This document shows positions 49,088-57,463 of a stretch of 64,000 bases of DNA, one piece after another (positions within the stretch are counted from its first letter, which is position 1; each line of letters opens with the position of its first letter). The translations under genes were made by a program, and so were the position numbers. A model generated the notes under the pieces. It ran no database searches, was not told the origin of the DNA, and worked only from the letters and a program-made list of their open reading frames with translations. The stretch is from Candidatus Omnitrophota bacterium (GTDB lineage: Bacteria > Omnitrophota > Gorgyraeia > JAFGIU01): positions 12,899 through 76,898 of the forward strand of contig JAFGIU010000005.1 of the NCBI GenBank assembly GCA_016929445.1, in the 5' to 3' direction.

Positions 49088-52000
49088 CTAAAGCGCGCTC
49101 TGCAGCGCTTGAATGGAAAGAGTTTGGACTTGAAGGGCTTGGACGACTGAGCCGGTCCGCACTTCAGAAGCTTCCGTCCGCACTCCTGCCTCCTCCAGCT
49201 GCCGGGCCATTTCGTCGTGAATCCAGGAGGCGATTGCTATCGTGCCGTGCTCCCAGAATGCGACTTTAACTTGGCGGTTCATCCGCGATTCTATAGTGTT
49301 CCTATAACGGCCCACGATTTGAAGTAGTTTTTCCTGCTGCGCCGGGTATTGATTTGGGTCGTGCGCGCGCAAAACAAGGATGGCTTGCTGCAATTCTTGT
49401 TTTGTCCAGTTGTCCTCTATTTGTAGCCATGTTGCAGGGAGCCATTCTCCGACAGCATCTGCTTTCTCCCAAATCTGATCGACCCATCCATCCCTCCGTG
49501 TTTCATCCCCCCAAATACCTTGTATCCACGAGGCTTCTGCCAGAGAGCGCCAAACATTCCCATAACTCTGTTTCCAGGTGTCCCCCATATTTCCCGCAAG
49601 GTAAGGAACAGGGAAGGTAAAATCCTGGAGAAGCCAGTTGGAAAGTCCGGATTTAAAGGCGGCCGAAGTGCGGGAAGGCATATATCTTGCAATTTGCTGA
49701 ATGGGGGCACTGATTATGCTGGGATCCCCTGTGAGGCATTCTTGAACATACAAACGGACAAAGTTCCGGCCTTCGGGAGTCAGCAACCGGATGGCTTCCC
49801 CAATTTCGTATGGCACTTCTGCACCATACAGATTTTGAAGAGTGCGGATGAGCTCTGTTGCATTGGGAATCATTCCCGCACTGTCCATTATTGCAGGAGA
49901 AAGATCCAAGTCTTTACTGGATCTGCGGCGGATCCGCCGGAGGTCGGGAGTTTGCAGGCCCGGCACCCGGCAATTGTTCAGGATCCAAGCGCCGACACCC
50001 ATTTCCGGCGTGTCTGGCTGCCACACCCAGACAATTTGAATGGCTAAGTAGTCCATCCATCTTTGCAGGTCTTGGATATCGCGATCCGAATCTGGCTGGA
50101 TCAACCAAATCGAGAGAATCTGATATAGAGGCTGGAGGACTGAAGGAGCTCCGGACCTCAAAAGTGGCTCATAGGCCGGATCCCAATTGGATTGGCCCAT
50201 TTGTTCCATGGCTGACCGAATGATGGTGTTTACATCAAATTCTCCTTGCAGCAACAGGCGGTCCACAGCCTCAGGAGGAACTTCGCTTTGAAACGACAAC
50301 CGGGTCACCACCGAGGCCAGGTTCAGAGCCAGCCGGGATTGGGCGGCGATCTGAACCCAAGCGGCTTCATGACGGTTGCTCTGAATCAGATCGTGGATTT
50401 GATGAAGATCTTCCAGCGATTGGTCTAGAATCTCAATGAGAGTTCCTTCATAAGTGGGCAGATCTTGTTCCCATCGCGGCCCCAGGTCGCGGATATCCGG
50501 ACTGGCCAAATAGGCGGTATCGAGGCTCTGCACAGGAGTCAGTGGGACGAGACCACTCCGCAGGAGACGGAGCTGGTTCTGTAAACGTGTGGCGGCCTGC
50601 CCTAAGTTTTGTTCGATGGCGTCAGAAGCCCCCCAGCTTCCGGCATTTTCAGGCGTCCCGAGACTCTCTCGAACCAAGCGGGCTGCGTTGAGAGTCCTGA
50701 GGTTTGCATCCAGCAAGTTTTGCAGCTTCTGTGCATCCTCAGATTGAGTTGTTCCTAAAACAAGCACTGTATTGTACAGGGACTCCAAGTTCAGACGAGC
50801 TCTTTCCAGATCGGGCCAATCCATCTCCAGCCTTGCGGCAGGACTTGGAGGAGCCGCGAGCTCTGGGTCCGGCCGTTGCCTCAAGGGTTCCTGGAGAAGG
50901 TTCACGAACTCTGCCTCGAAAACCTCCAGTCCGGGGAGGGTTCCTTCCTCCAGTCTTCGTGGTTCCAAAGTCTGGAAAGAAGGAGATCCCTGTGCCGCAA
51001 AGGCGAGCTCTTGCCACAGGTTTCTGCCCAGCCGTGCGTGAATCCGTTGGCGGGCTTGATAGATATCCTCTTGCATGAATCCCAATAGCGTGCCGCTTCC
51101 GACCCTGTTCAGGATCTGGTTTGACTGTTGGAACAAGGTAACTTGCTGCTCCATGAATAGAAGACCTGCCAGGTCGTTGTTGTTTGTAAGTGCCCGCACG
51201 TAATCGCGGAAGCCTTGTGGGGGGTGCCTTCCGGAACGGTCTATTTCGAGCGCTCTGGTGACCAGTCCATAAAGACCGGATTGGAGCTTTTCAGATACAG
51301 CATCCGTGACATCCGTCACCAGAGGAAGCAGAGCAGAATCTACCTGGGTGTGGTGTTCATCCAACCATCGGGTGCTCTCCCGGCACCAATCCCACCAATA
51401 GAACGGATTGGACGTCTCCGACTTTCTCACTAAGTTGCTCGGAATCAAGTTACCGGATAGTGCTCCGCTCAGCGAGGCCATTTCCGTATGGGTGAAAGCT
51501 TCCGGTCGGCTTTCGCTGCCTGCGAGTTCCACGGGTTCGTTGTGGATGTGGAAGCTTATGCCGAGCGCTGAAGGCGGGATGCTTTCCCCGACTTCCTGGA
51601 GCAACTCTTCCGCAATGAGACTCGCCTTTTGCGGGTCGAAAAGCCCTCCTCTGAAATACTCTTCCGAGAGATAAATGTGGAGTTCCGGCAAGATGCCGCC
51701 TCCCTCCGCCATTTTAAAGACTTGTTCACTTACGGCCCAGGCAGGGCGACCGGGGTCCCCTGTGAGGTTCTCAGAATGACTGCGGAAGACCCGGACTTTG
51801 ACTGGGGAGTCTTCACTCAGTGCCGCCAAAAGGTAGTCCTTGAATTGAGCTCCTAACTCGGGAAAAGGTCCGGTTGAAGGATCCATGGAGTTGACCAGAT
51901 GGACCACCCTTTCAAGCGGGATGGCATCCAAGTCCGGATAAGACGAGCGCTTGGCGTTATCCAGCATTGTCTGTACCATTTGCTCCCGGTTGAGCCTTCC

Positions 52001-52381
52001 CATGGGCCCGGAGGCCACAGTGGCCGCGGGTATGGCAGGCACTTCGAATCCGGCCTCCCTCGCGGCCATTTGCATGGCGCGCTGCATGGTTCCGGGCGCA
52101 TCGGACCGGGTCTCGAAAAAGCGCCGGAGTCTGCCCAGAACCACCATGGCTTGTTGGGCACTGTTGAGACCCCGGATTCCGTCGAGGACTCCGGAAGTCC
52201 TGATCCATTCTTGAAACTGCTCGGCATCTGTGATTTCCCCATCAAAGGGGGCCACTGGGGCAAGCGTGGCGGGTTCTTGAGCCCGGGTGACTGCAGCCAG
52301 GCCCGGAATGCCCAGCATCAGGGCTGTCATCAGGAATAGTGGGAGGAGCCGGCGGCTCCGGAGCCTGCGGAATGGGTGCAT
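49088..52381 (-). CDS. large (1097-aa) secreted protein of unknown function
   Basis: A long uninterrupted ORF with a signal peptide (RRLLPLFLMTALMLGIPGLAAVTRAQE). Largely alpha-helical and Q/L/E-rich, with no recognisable catalytic motif. The many internal ORFs in other frames are spurious. Confidence 0.55.
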   Translation of the reverse strand: MHPFRRLRSRRLLPLFLMTALMLGIPGLAAVTRAQEPATLAPVAPFDGEITDAEQFQEWIRTSGVLDGIRGLNSAQQAMVVLGRLRRFFETRSDAPGTMQRAMQMAAREAGFEVPAIPAATVASGPMGRLNREQMVQTMLDNAKRSSYPDLDAIPLERVVHLVNSMDPSTGPFPELGAQFKDYLLAALSEDSPVKVRVFRSHSENLTGDPGRPAWAVSEQVFKMAEGGGILPELHIYLSEEYFRGGLFDPQKASLIAEELLQEVGESIPPSALGISFHIHNEPVELAGSESRPEAFTHTEMASLSGALSGNLIPSNLVRKSETSNPFYWWDWCRESTRWLDEHHTQVDSALLPLVTDVTDAVSEKLQSGLYGLVTRALEIDRSGRHPPQGFRDYVRALTNNNDLAGLLFMEQQVTLFQQSNQILNRVGSGTLLGFMQEDIYQARQRIHARLGRNLWQELAFAAQGSPSFQTLEPRRLEEGTLPGLEVFEAEFVNLLQEPLRQRPDPELAAPPSPAARLEMDWPDLERARLNLESLYNTVLVLGTTQSEDAQKLQNLLDANLRTLNAARLVRESLGTPENAGSWGASDAIEQNLGQAATRLQNQLRLLRSGLVPLTPVQSLDTAYLASPDIRDLGPRWEQDLPTYEGTLIEILDQSLEDLHQIHDLIQSNRHEAAWVQIAAQSRLALNLASVVTRLSFQSEVPPEAVDRLLLQGEFDVNTIIRSAMEQMGQSNWDPAYEPLLRSGAPSVLQPLYQILSIWLIQPDSDRDIQDLQRWMDYLAIQIVWVWQPDTPEMGVGAWILNNCRVPGLQTPDLRRIRRRSSKDLDLSPAIMDSAGMIPNATELIRTLQNLYGAEVPYEIGEAIRLLTPEGRNFVRLYVQECLTGDPSIISAPIQQIARYMPSRTSAAFKSGLSNWLLQDFTFPVPYLAGNMGDTWKQSYGNVWRSLAEASWIQGIWGDETRRDGWVDQIWEKADAVGEWLPATWLQIEDNWTKQELQQAILVLRAHDPNQYPAQQEKLLQIVGRYRNTIESRMNRQVKVAFWEHGTIAIASWIHDEMARQLEEAGVRTEASEVRTGSVVQALQVQTLSIQALQSAL

Positions 52382-52576
52382 CTAAGTCAGAGGTCCTTTA
52401 TAACGTATTTATTAGCAATTAGTTAGATAATTAAGTATTATTTCCGCTTTCTGGTGGGACAAAGTATACCACATCTTGGACCATGCTAAACTGTATTCCC
52501 AAAATAAGTTACAGGTCTTTCTCAGACAGCCGGTGCCCCCGGCTTCTGCTAAAATGAGGCAGGAAAGGGGGCGGAT

Positions 52577-54619
52577 ATGAATTGTCCGAACTGCCGGGCC
52601 GTCGAGCTCAAACCCATGCTCACCAAACAGGGCGTGGAATTGGACTATTGCCCGCAATGCAAGGGCGTGTGGATGGATCGCGGGGAGATCTACCACTTTG
52701 TCAAGAATCCGGGAAAGGTCGAGGCCAAACTTCAGGCAGCGCTCAAGCGGCAGCAGCCCACACAGCGTATTTGTCCGCGCTCCGGCAAGCCCATGGTTGT
52801 GATCGAGTATCCGGCCGGCCCCACTCTGGACTACAGCCCCAGCAACGGCGGACTCTGGTTTGATGCCGGGGAGTTCAAACTGCTCCAGGAAACGGAGCGT
52901 CAGTTTGATGCGTCGCCCGACCGCAAGGTTTGGATGCACGAACAGGAGCAGGCTTCGCGCCAACTCAAGATACGCTCCGGCCTTTTGCCCCTTCCTAATT
53001 TATTTTTGCGATCCACTCTGACATTGACAGGTCTTTACGCGCTCTTAGGGGCGGTGCTCATCGCGGCGGTGGAGTTTGCAGGCGTGAGGCCGGACCTGGC
53101 CGTAGGTATCGGACTTGCGGTCATCTTCCTCCAATTCTTGGTGGGTCCCTGGTTCATGGACCTCACCTTGCGCTGGCTCTATCGCATTGATTGGGGAGTT
53201 GCGGGCATGCCTCCTCACTTGCACGAGTTTATGCAAAAGGCCTGCAAAGAAAAGAAGATGAAGTTGCCGCGCTTCGGGGTCTTGCGGGACGGCGCTCCTC
53301 AGGCTTTCACTTACGGCCACAGTCCCAACAACGCGCGCATTGTGATTTCTCAAGGGCTCTTGGAAATTCTGGAGCCCGACGAGATCGAAGCCGTGGTGGC
53401 CCACGAAATCGGCCACGTCGTGCACTGGGATATGCTGTTGATGACGCTGGTGCAGGCCGTGCCTCTGATCCTCTACTACATTTATCGCACGTTGATTCGT
53501 GTGCGCAGCTCGGGGAATGACAAGAGCGCAGGTCCCCGCATTGCCGTTGCCGTCACCGCGTATATCCTCTACCTCATCAGCCAGTACATTGTGCTTTGGT
53601 TTTCCAGGACGCGTGAGTATCATGCGGATCGTTTTGCCGGGCAGGTCACGGGGAGTCCTTCCAGCCTGGCCAGTGCCTTGGTTAAGATTGCCTATGGGTT
53701 GGCCGGAGCACAGAAGGAGGGCAGAGAGGGCAAGGACAAACGCGACTCAGGTATCGAAGCCTTAGGTGCGCTGGGAATTTTTGAAAAGGGGAAGGCCAAG
53801 GCTTTGGCAGTTTCAAGCTTTTCTTCCAATGTGGCCCCCGGGCAGGTCGATAAGAAAAACCTCAAAGGCGCGATGCGCTGGGATCTTTGGAATCCGTGGG
53901 CCAAGTGGCATGAGATTCATTCGACGCATCCCCTAGTGGCCCATCGCTTGCGCTATTTGTCGGATCAGTCTGCAAGTTTGGGACAAGAGCCCTACGTGGT
54001 TTTTGATGAAGTTCAACCGGAATCTTACTGGGACGAGTTTGCTGTGGACTTGTGCTTTCACATGGCTCCCTTCTTATTGCCGCTGGTGTATTTAGCCGTC
54101 ACTGCCTGGACCACGGGTGGTTTTACGGATTGTGCTCCGAAGTCCGTCATTGCAGGCGTTTTGTTTTCGTTGGGTGCGGGCATGCTGATTCGCATGGGGT
54201 TTGCGTACAATTCCGAGGCCTTTCCGGAGATGTGTGTGGCAGCTCTGCTCAAACACGTCAAGGTATCTGCGGTTCGCCCGGTGCCTTGTACTTTAAAAGG
54301 CCGGGTGATCGGCCGGGGGGTGCCGGGCTATATTCTTTCCGATGATTTTGTGATGCGCGATGACACAGGCATCATCTTTCTCGATATGAGGCAACCTCTG
54401 CGTATTTGGGAGATCTTGTTCGGGCTGCTCAAAGCAGGGGAGTACCAGGGCCAGGAAGTCACAGTCAAAGGCTGGTACCGCCGGGCCCCGGTTCCTTATA
54501 TTGAGCTCAAGAGCATCGAGAGCAACGGTAAAGTACGCAAGAGCTATGCTTTGCCCTTTTACAGAGCGATGGCCCTGCTTCTTGTGATCGTGGGCATTGG
54601 GTTGAGCGTGATGCGATAA
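52577..54619 (+). CDS. M48-family zinc metalloprotease with two N-terminal zf-TFIIB-like zinc ribbons and a long C-terminal membrane region
   Basis: Tandem ribbons (NCPNCRAVELKP...CPQCKGVWMDRGE and CPRSGKPM...SNGGLWFDAGE), then an HEIGH HExxH motif in the context AVVAHEIGHVVHWD with flanking TM helices. 680 aa total. Confidence 0.7.
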   Translation: MNCPNCRAVELKPMLTKQGVELDYCPQCKGVWMDRGEIYHFVKNPGKVEAKLQAALKRQQPTQRICPRSGKPMVVIEYPAGPTLDYSPSNGGLWFDAGEFKLLQETERQFDASPDRKVWMHEQEQASRQLKIRSGLLPLPNLFLRSTLTLTGLYALLGAVLIAAVEFAGVRPDLAVGIGLAVIFLQFLVGPWFMDLTLRWLYRIDWGVAGMPPHLHEFMQKACKEKKMKLPRFGVLRDGAPQAFTYGHSPNNARIVISQGLLEILEPDEIEAVVAHEIGHVVHWDMLLMTLVQAVPLILYYIYRTLIRVRSSGNDKSAGPRIAVAVTAYILYLISQYIVLWFSRTREYHADRFAGQVTGSPSSLASALVKIAYGLAGAQKEGREGKDKRDSGIEALGALGIFEKGKAKALAVSSFSSNVAPGQVDKKNLKGAMRWDLWNPWAKWHEIHSTHPLVAHRLRYLSDQSASLGQEPYVVFDEVQPESYWDEFAVDLCFHMAPFLLPLVYLAVTAWTTGGFTDCAPKSVIAGVLFSLGAGMLIRMGFAYNSEAFPEMCVAALLKHVKVSAVRPVPCTLKGRVIGRGVPGYILSDDFVMRDDTGIIFLDMRQPLRIWEILFGLLKAGEYQGQEVTVKGWYRRAPVPYIELKSIESNGKVRKSYALPFYRAMALLLVIVGIGLSVMR

Positions 54620-54636
54620 GCTTTCACTCAAAATCA

Positions 54637-54691
54637 GGGACAGGTCTCGCTTATCCCTTTAGCTGCAGTAAGTTGCGAGAGGTCCGTCCCC
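54637..54691. repeat. REP-like palindromic element, copy D1
   Basis: GGGACAGGTCTCGCTTATCCCTTTAGCTGCAGTAAGTTGCGAGAGGTCCGTCCCC. Confidence 0.65.
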
Positions 54692-54721
54692 GAGCCATTT
54701 GTGAAGCTGTTTTTACCGGGG

Positions 54722-54775
54722 GGGACGGATCTCTCGTATCTCCTTACAGTGTATAGGGAAGGCGAGAACCGTCCC
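54722..54775. repeat. REP-like palindromic element, copy D2 (inverted partner of D1)
   Basis: GGGACGGATCTCTCGTATCTCCTTACAGTGTATAGGGAAGGCGAGAACCGTCCC. Its right half is near-identical to copy B. Confidence 0.7.
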
Positions 54776-54779
54776 TAAG

Positions 54780-56405
54780 TTAACTCGCTGCAGCCAATAC
54801 GGCTTCCAAATCCTTTTCCGGGGTGGAGATGGGTCGAATATCGAAGTGCTCCACCAGGAAGTTGAAGATGTTCGGGGTGATAAAGGCCGGTAAGCTGGGG
54901 CCCAATCGGATTCCCTTAATCCCCAAGGAAAGCAGGGAAAGCAGGATGACCACGGCTTTTTGTTCGTACCAAGACAGGATGAGCGTGAGCGGCAGGTCAT
55001 TAACTCCGCACTCAAAGGCGCCGGCCAAGAGCTCGGCAATCTTGATGGCCGAGTAGGCATCGTTGCACTGGCCCAGATCCAAGAGGCGCGGGATCCCGCC
55101 GATATTGCCGAAGTCCAGATGATTGAAGCGGAACTTCCCGCAGGCCAAGGTGAGGATCACGCAGTCTTCGGGAACTTGCTGGGTGAACTCCGTGTAATAG
55201 TTACGGCCCGGTTTTGCCCCGTCGCAACCGCCCACCAGAAAGAAGTGCTTGATGGCGCCCGCCTTAACAGCCTCCACGACTTTGTCCGCCACGTTTGCCA
55301 CGGCATTGCGGCCGCAACCGGTCAGCAAAGTGCCGCCCTCGTTTTCTTCAAAGCCATTGAGTTCCAAGGCCTTCTCAATCACAGGGCTGAAGTCACGCTT
55401 CTGAATGTGGATGATCCCCGGCCAACCCACCTCGCCGCCGGTGAACACGCGGTCCTTGTAGTTCTCCTGGGGCTCCTGGATGCAGTTGGTGGTGAAATAG
55501 ACGGCAGCCGGGATATTGTTGAACTCGCGTTGCTGGTTCTGCCATCCGGTGCCGAAGTGGCCCGCAAAATGTGCGTACTTCTTGAAGGCCGGATATCCGT
55601 GAGCCGGGAGCATCTCGCCGTGAGTGTAGACGTTGATGCCTTTGCCTTCGGTTTGCTTTAGGAGTTCCTCCATATCGAGGAGATCGTGGCCCGTAATAAT
55701 GATGGCCGGGCCTTTTTTCCGGCCGGTGGAAACCGGTGTGGGCTCAGGATGCCCGAAGCGCGTGGTGTGCGCTTCGTCCAGGATCTCCATGCAACGGATA
55801 TTCACCTGTCCGCAGCGCATGTTTAGATCCACCAGAGCCTCCAAAGTGATCTCCGAATCATTGAGCGCCGCGAGAGCTTCGGAGATGAAGGCAAAGATGC
55901 ACTCGTCTTCATAGCCCAACACAGAAGCGTGTTCCGCATAGGCGGCCAGCCCCTTAATTCCATAGGTGAGAAGGTGCTGGAGGGAACGAATGTCTTCATT
56001 CGGGTGATCCCCGGTGATCTGAAGCCTTGCGGCCTGCGCGCTAAGTTCCTCGCGTGAGTCTTTGGGCTCGAATGTCACGGAATCCGGGACAGAGGCGGGA
56101 TTGCCTGCGAGTGCTTGCGCGTTCTTCTTGACTTGTTCTGCCTCGCGAATGGTTTCGACTAAGCGATCCGGATCAAAGTTGACATTGGTGACGGTGATGA
56201 AGAGGCCGCGGAGGATAAAACGGTCGATCTCCACGTCCGACTTGCCGTTCTTCCGGGCTGCGTGGGCTAAATAGCCGATCCCCTTGAGCTGGTGGATGAT
56301 GATGTCCTGGAGCCCGGCGGCCTCGGGGGTCTTTCCGCACACGCCTTCGGTATGGCAACCCTGGCCCCGGTACGCTTGCTCACACTGATAACAAAACATG
56401 CTCAT
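54780..56405 (-). CDS. hcp: hybrid-cluster protein / hydroxylamine reductase
   Basis: N-terminal Cys cluster MSMFCYQCEQAYRGQGCHTEGVCGK, and the conserved hybrid-cluster ligands (e.g., GHDLLDMEELL, CGKFRFN) over 541 aa. Confidence 0.95.
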   Translation of the reverse strand: MSMFCYQCEQAYRGQGCHTEGVCGKTPEAAGLQDIIIHQLKGIGYLAHAARKNGKSDVEIDRFILRGLFITVTNVNFDPDRLVETIREAEQVKKNAQALAGNPASVPDSVTFEPKDSREELSAQAARLQITGDHPNEDIRSLQHLLTYGIKGLAAYAEHASVLGYEDECIFAFISEALAALNDSEITLEALVDLNMRCGQVNIRCMEILDEAHTTRFGHPEPTPVSTGRKKGPAIIITGHDLLDMEELLKQTEGKGINVYTHGEMLPAHGYPAFKKYAHFAGHFGTGWQNQQREFNNIPAAVYFTTNCIQEPQENYKDRVFTGGEVGWPGIIHIQKRDFSPVIEKALELNGFEENEGGTLLTGCGRNAVANVADKVVEAVKAGAIKHFFLVGGCDGAKPGRNYYTEFTQQVPEDCVILTLACGKFRFNHLDFGNIGGIPRLLDLGQCNDAYSAIKIAELLAGAFECGVNDLPLTLILSWYEQKAVVILLSLLSLGIKGIRLGPSLPAFITPNIFNFLVEHFDIRPISTPEKDLEAVLAAAS

Positions 56406-56491
56406 ACCCTGATCTCCTTTGTGGGTCGTGATACGATAAAACTGCTGCTGCGAGTCTCTTTAAAAGAGTACCTTCTGAGTGACTGCAGAGC

Positions 56492-56507
56492 CTTGATCCG
56501 GGTCAAG
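56492..56507. promoter_or_regulatory. candidate Crp/Fnr-type (HcpR) binding site CTTGATCCGGGTCAAG in the hcp-hcpR divergent region
   Basis: TTGAT-N4-GTCAA imperfect palindrome, ~87 bp upstream of hcp and 25 bp upstream of hcpR. It resembles the TTGAC-N4-GTCAA-type boxes described for HcpR regulons. Confidence 0.4.
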
Positions 56508-56531
56508 GGATTGAGAATCTGGGGGGCCTTT

Positions 56532-57233
56532 ATGCCGGTTGACCATTTATTGCCGCAACTCGATTTTTTTAAAGGACTTAGCCAGGAGACCCAGAAGGCT
56601 CTCGCGTCTATTTGTGTCCGGAAGGGCCTCCAAAGGAAGGAAGTGCTGTTCCGCGAAGGGGATCGGGGCCAGGGGCTATACCTCTTGGAGAGCGGGTCGG
56701 TTCAACTGTACAAGACCGGTTCCGAGGGCAAGGAAGTGGTGATCAAGGTGCTCAAACCGGGGGAGCTCTTTGCAGTCGTTGTTCTGTTTGAGCAAGAAAA
56801 CTATCCGGTGAGCGCCCTGGCTTTGCAGGACAGTCTGGTCTACCTGATGCCCAGGCAGGATTTTCACACTCTTCTGGACAATGCGGATTTGCGCAATGAT
56901 TTCATCCGCAGCTTGCTCCAGAAGCAGCGGCATCTGGCCGATCGCATCCTTCAACTCAGCAGCGAAGATATAGAGGAAAGGCTCCGGCGCTTTTTAGAGG
57001 ACCACTACGGTGAAAAGCCCATCATCACACCGGCCCTAAGCAAACGGGAAGTGGCTGCGGCCATTGGCACTGTGCCGGAGACTCTCTCCCGGCTTCTGCA
57101 AAAACTCAAATCGGAAGGCCGGCTTGTTTGGGAAGAGAAGATCATTCACGTGGACCGCTCTTTCTGGACAAAACGTGATTCTCGTCATATCACACCTCCT
57201 TGCAGTGTTGACGGAGCCAAAACCAAGGAGTAG
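56532..57233 (+). CDS. hcpR: Crp/Fnr-family transcriptional regulator, probable HcpR
   Basis: cNMP-binding beta-roll (GDRGQGLYLLESGSVQLYK), then a C-terminal HTH (SKREVAAAIGTVPETLSRLLQKL). Divergent from hcp. ATG 56532; the longer ORF from 56292 overlaps hcp. Confidence 0.8.
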   Translation: MPVDHLLPQLDFFKGLSQETQKALASICVRKGLQRKEVLFREGDRGQGLYLLESGSVQLYKTGSEGKEVVIKVLKPGELFAVVVLFEQENYPVSALALQDSLVYLMPRQDFHTLLDNADLRNDFIRSLLQKQRHLADRILQLSSEDIEERLRRFLEDHYGEKPIITPALSKREVAAAIGTVPETLSRLLQKLKSEGRLVWEEKIIHVDRSFWTKRDSRHITPPCSVDGAKTKE

Positions 57234-57463
57234 CCGCTATGGACCCCAGCCGGCAGTGACCTCTTCCCCTGACAGTGCCGTTCAAACATGTACGTCCGCG
57301 AAGATCCCGTTAACCCATTGTTGGATAATAAGTTAACCTTTTTAAGGCATGAAAAACGGCGGATTTTCTGTTTGCGGCGGATTGTTGATCCGCCTGGCGA
57401 GATTCAATGTGATATATTCTATATATAGATATTAAAGACATATTAAAATAGACGGCTCTAATT

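Noticed and set aside
49302-52339. Numerous 60-175-aa ORFs on both strands between 49.3 and 52.3 kb
   Set aside because: All are nested within, or antisense to, the single uninterrupted 1097-aa ORF, which has a convincing signal peptide. A long ORF is far less likely to occur by chance.
26918-54775. The repeated GGGACGGTTCTCGC...GCGAGAACCGTCCC elements as a CRISPR array
   Set aside because: Copies are not regularly spaced, and they lie 1-18 kb apart rather than being separated by short unique spacers. They are internally palindromic with variable centres, and no cas genes are nearby. This is consistent with REP/MITE-like elements, not CRISPR.
56292-56531. Upstream extension of hcpR to 56292
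   Set aside because: It would overlap the hcp start on the opposite strand by 114 nt, and it swallows the divergent promoter region containing the candidate HcpR box. ATG 56532 is adopted.
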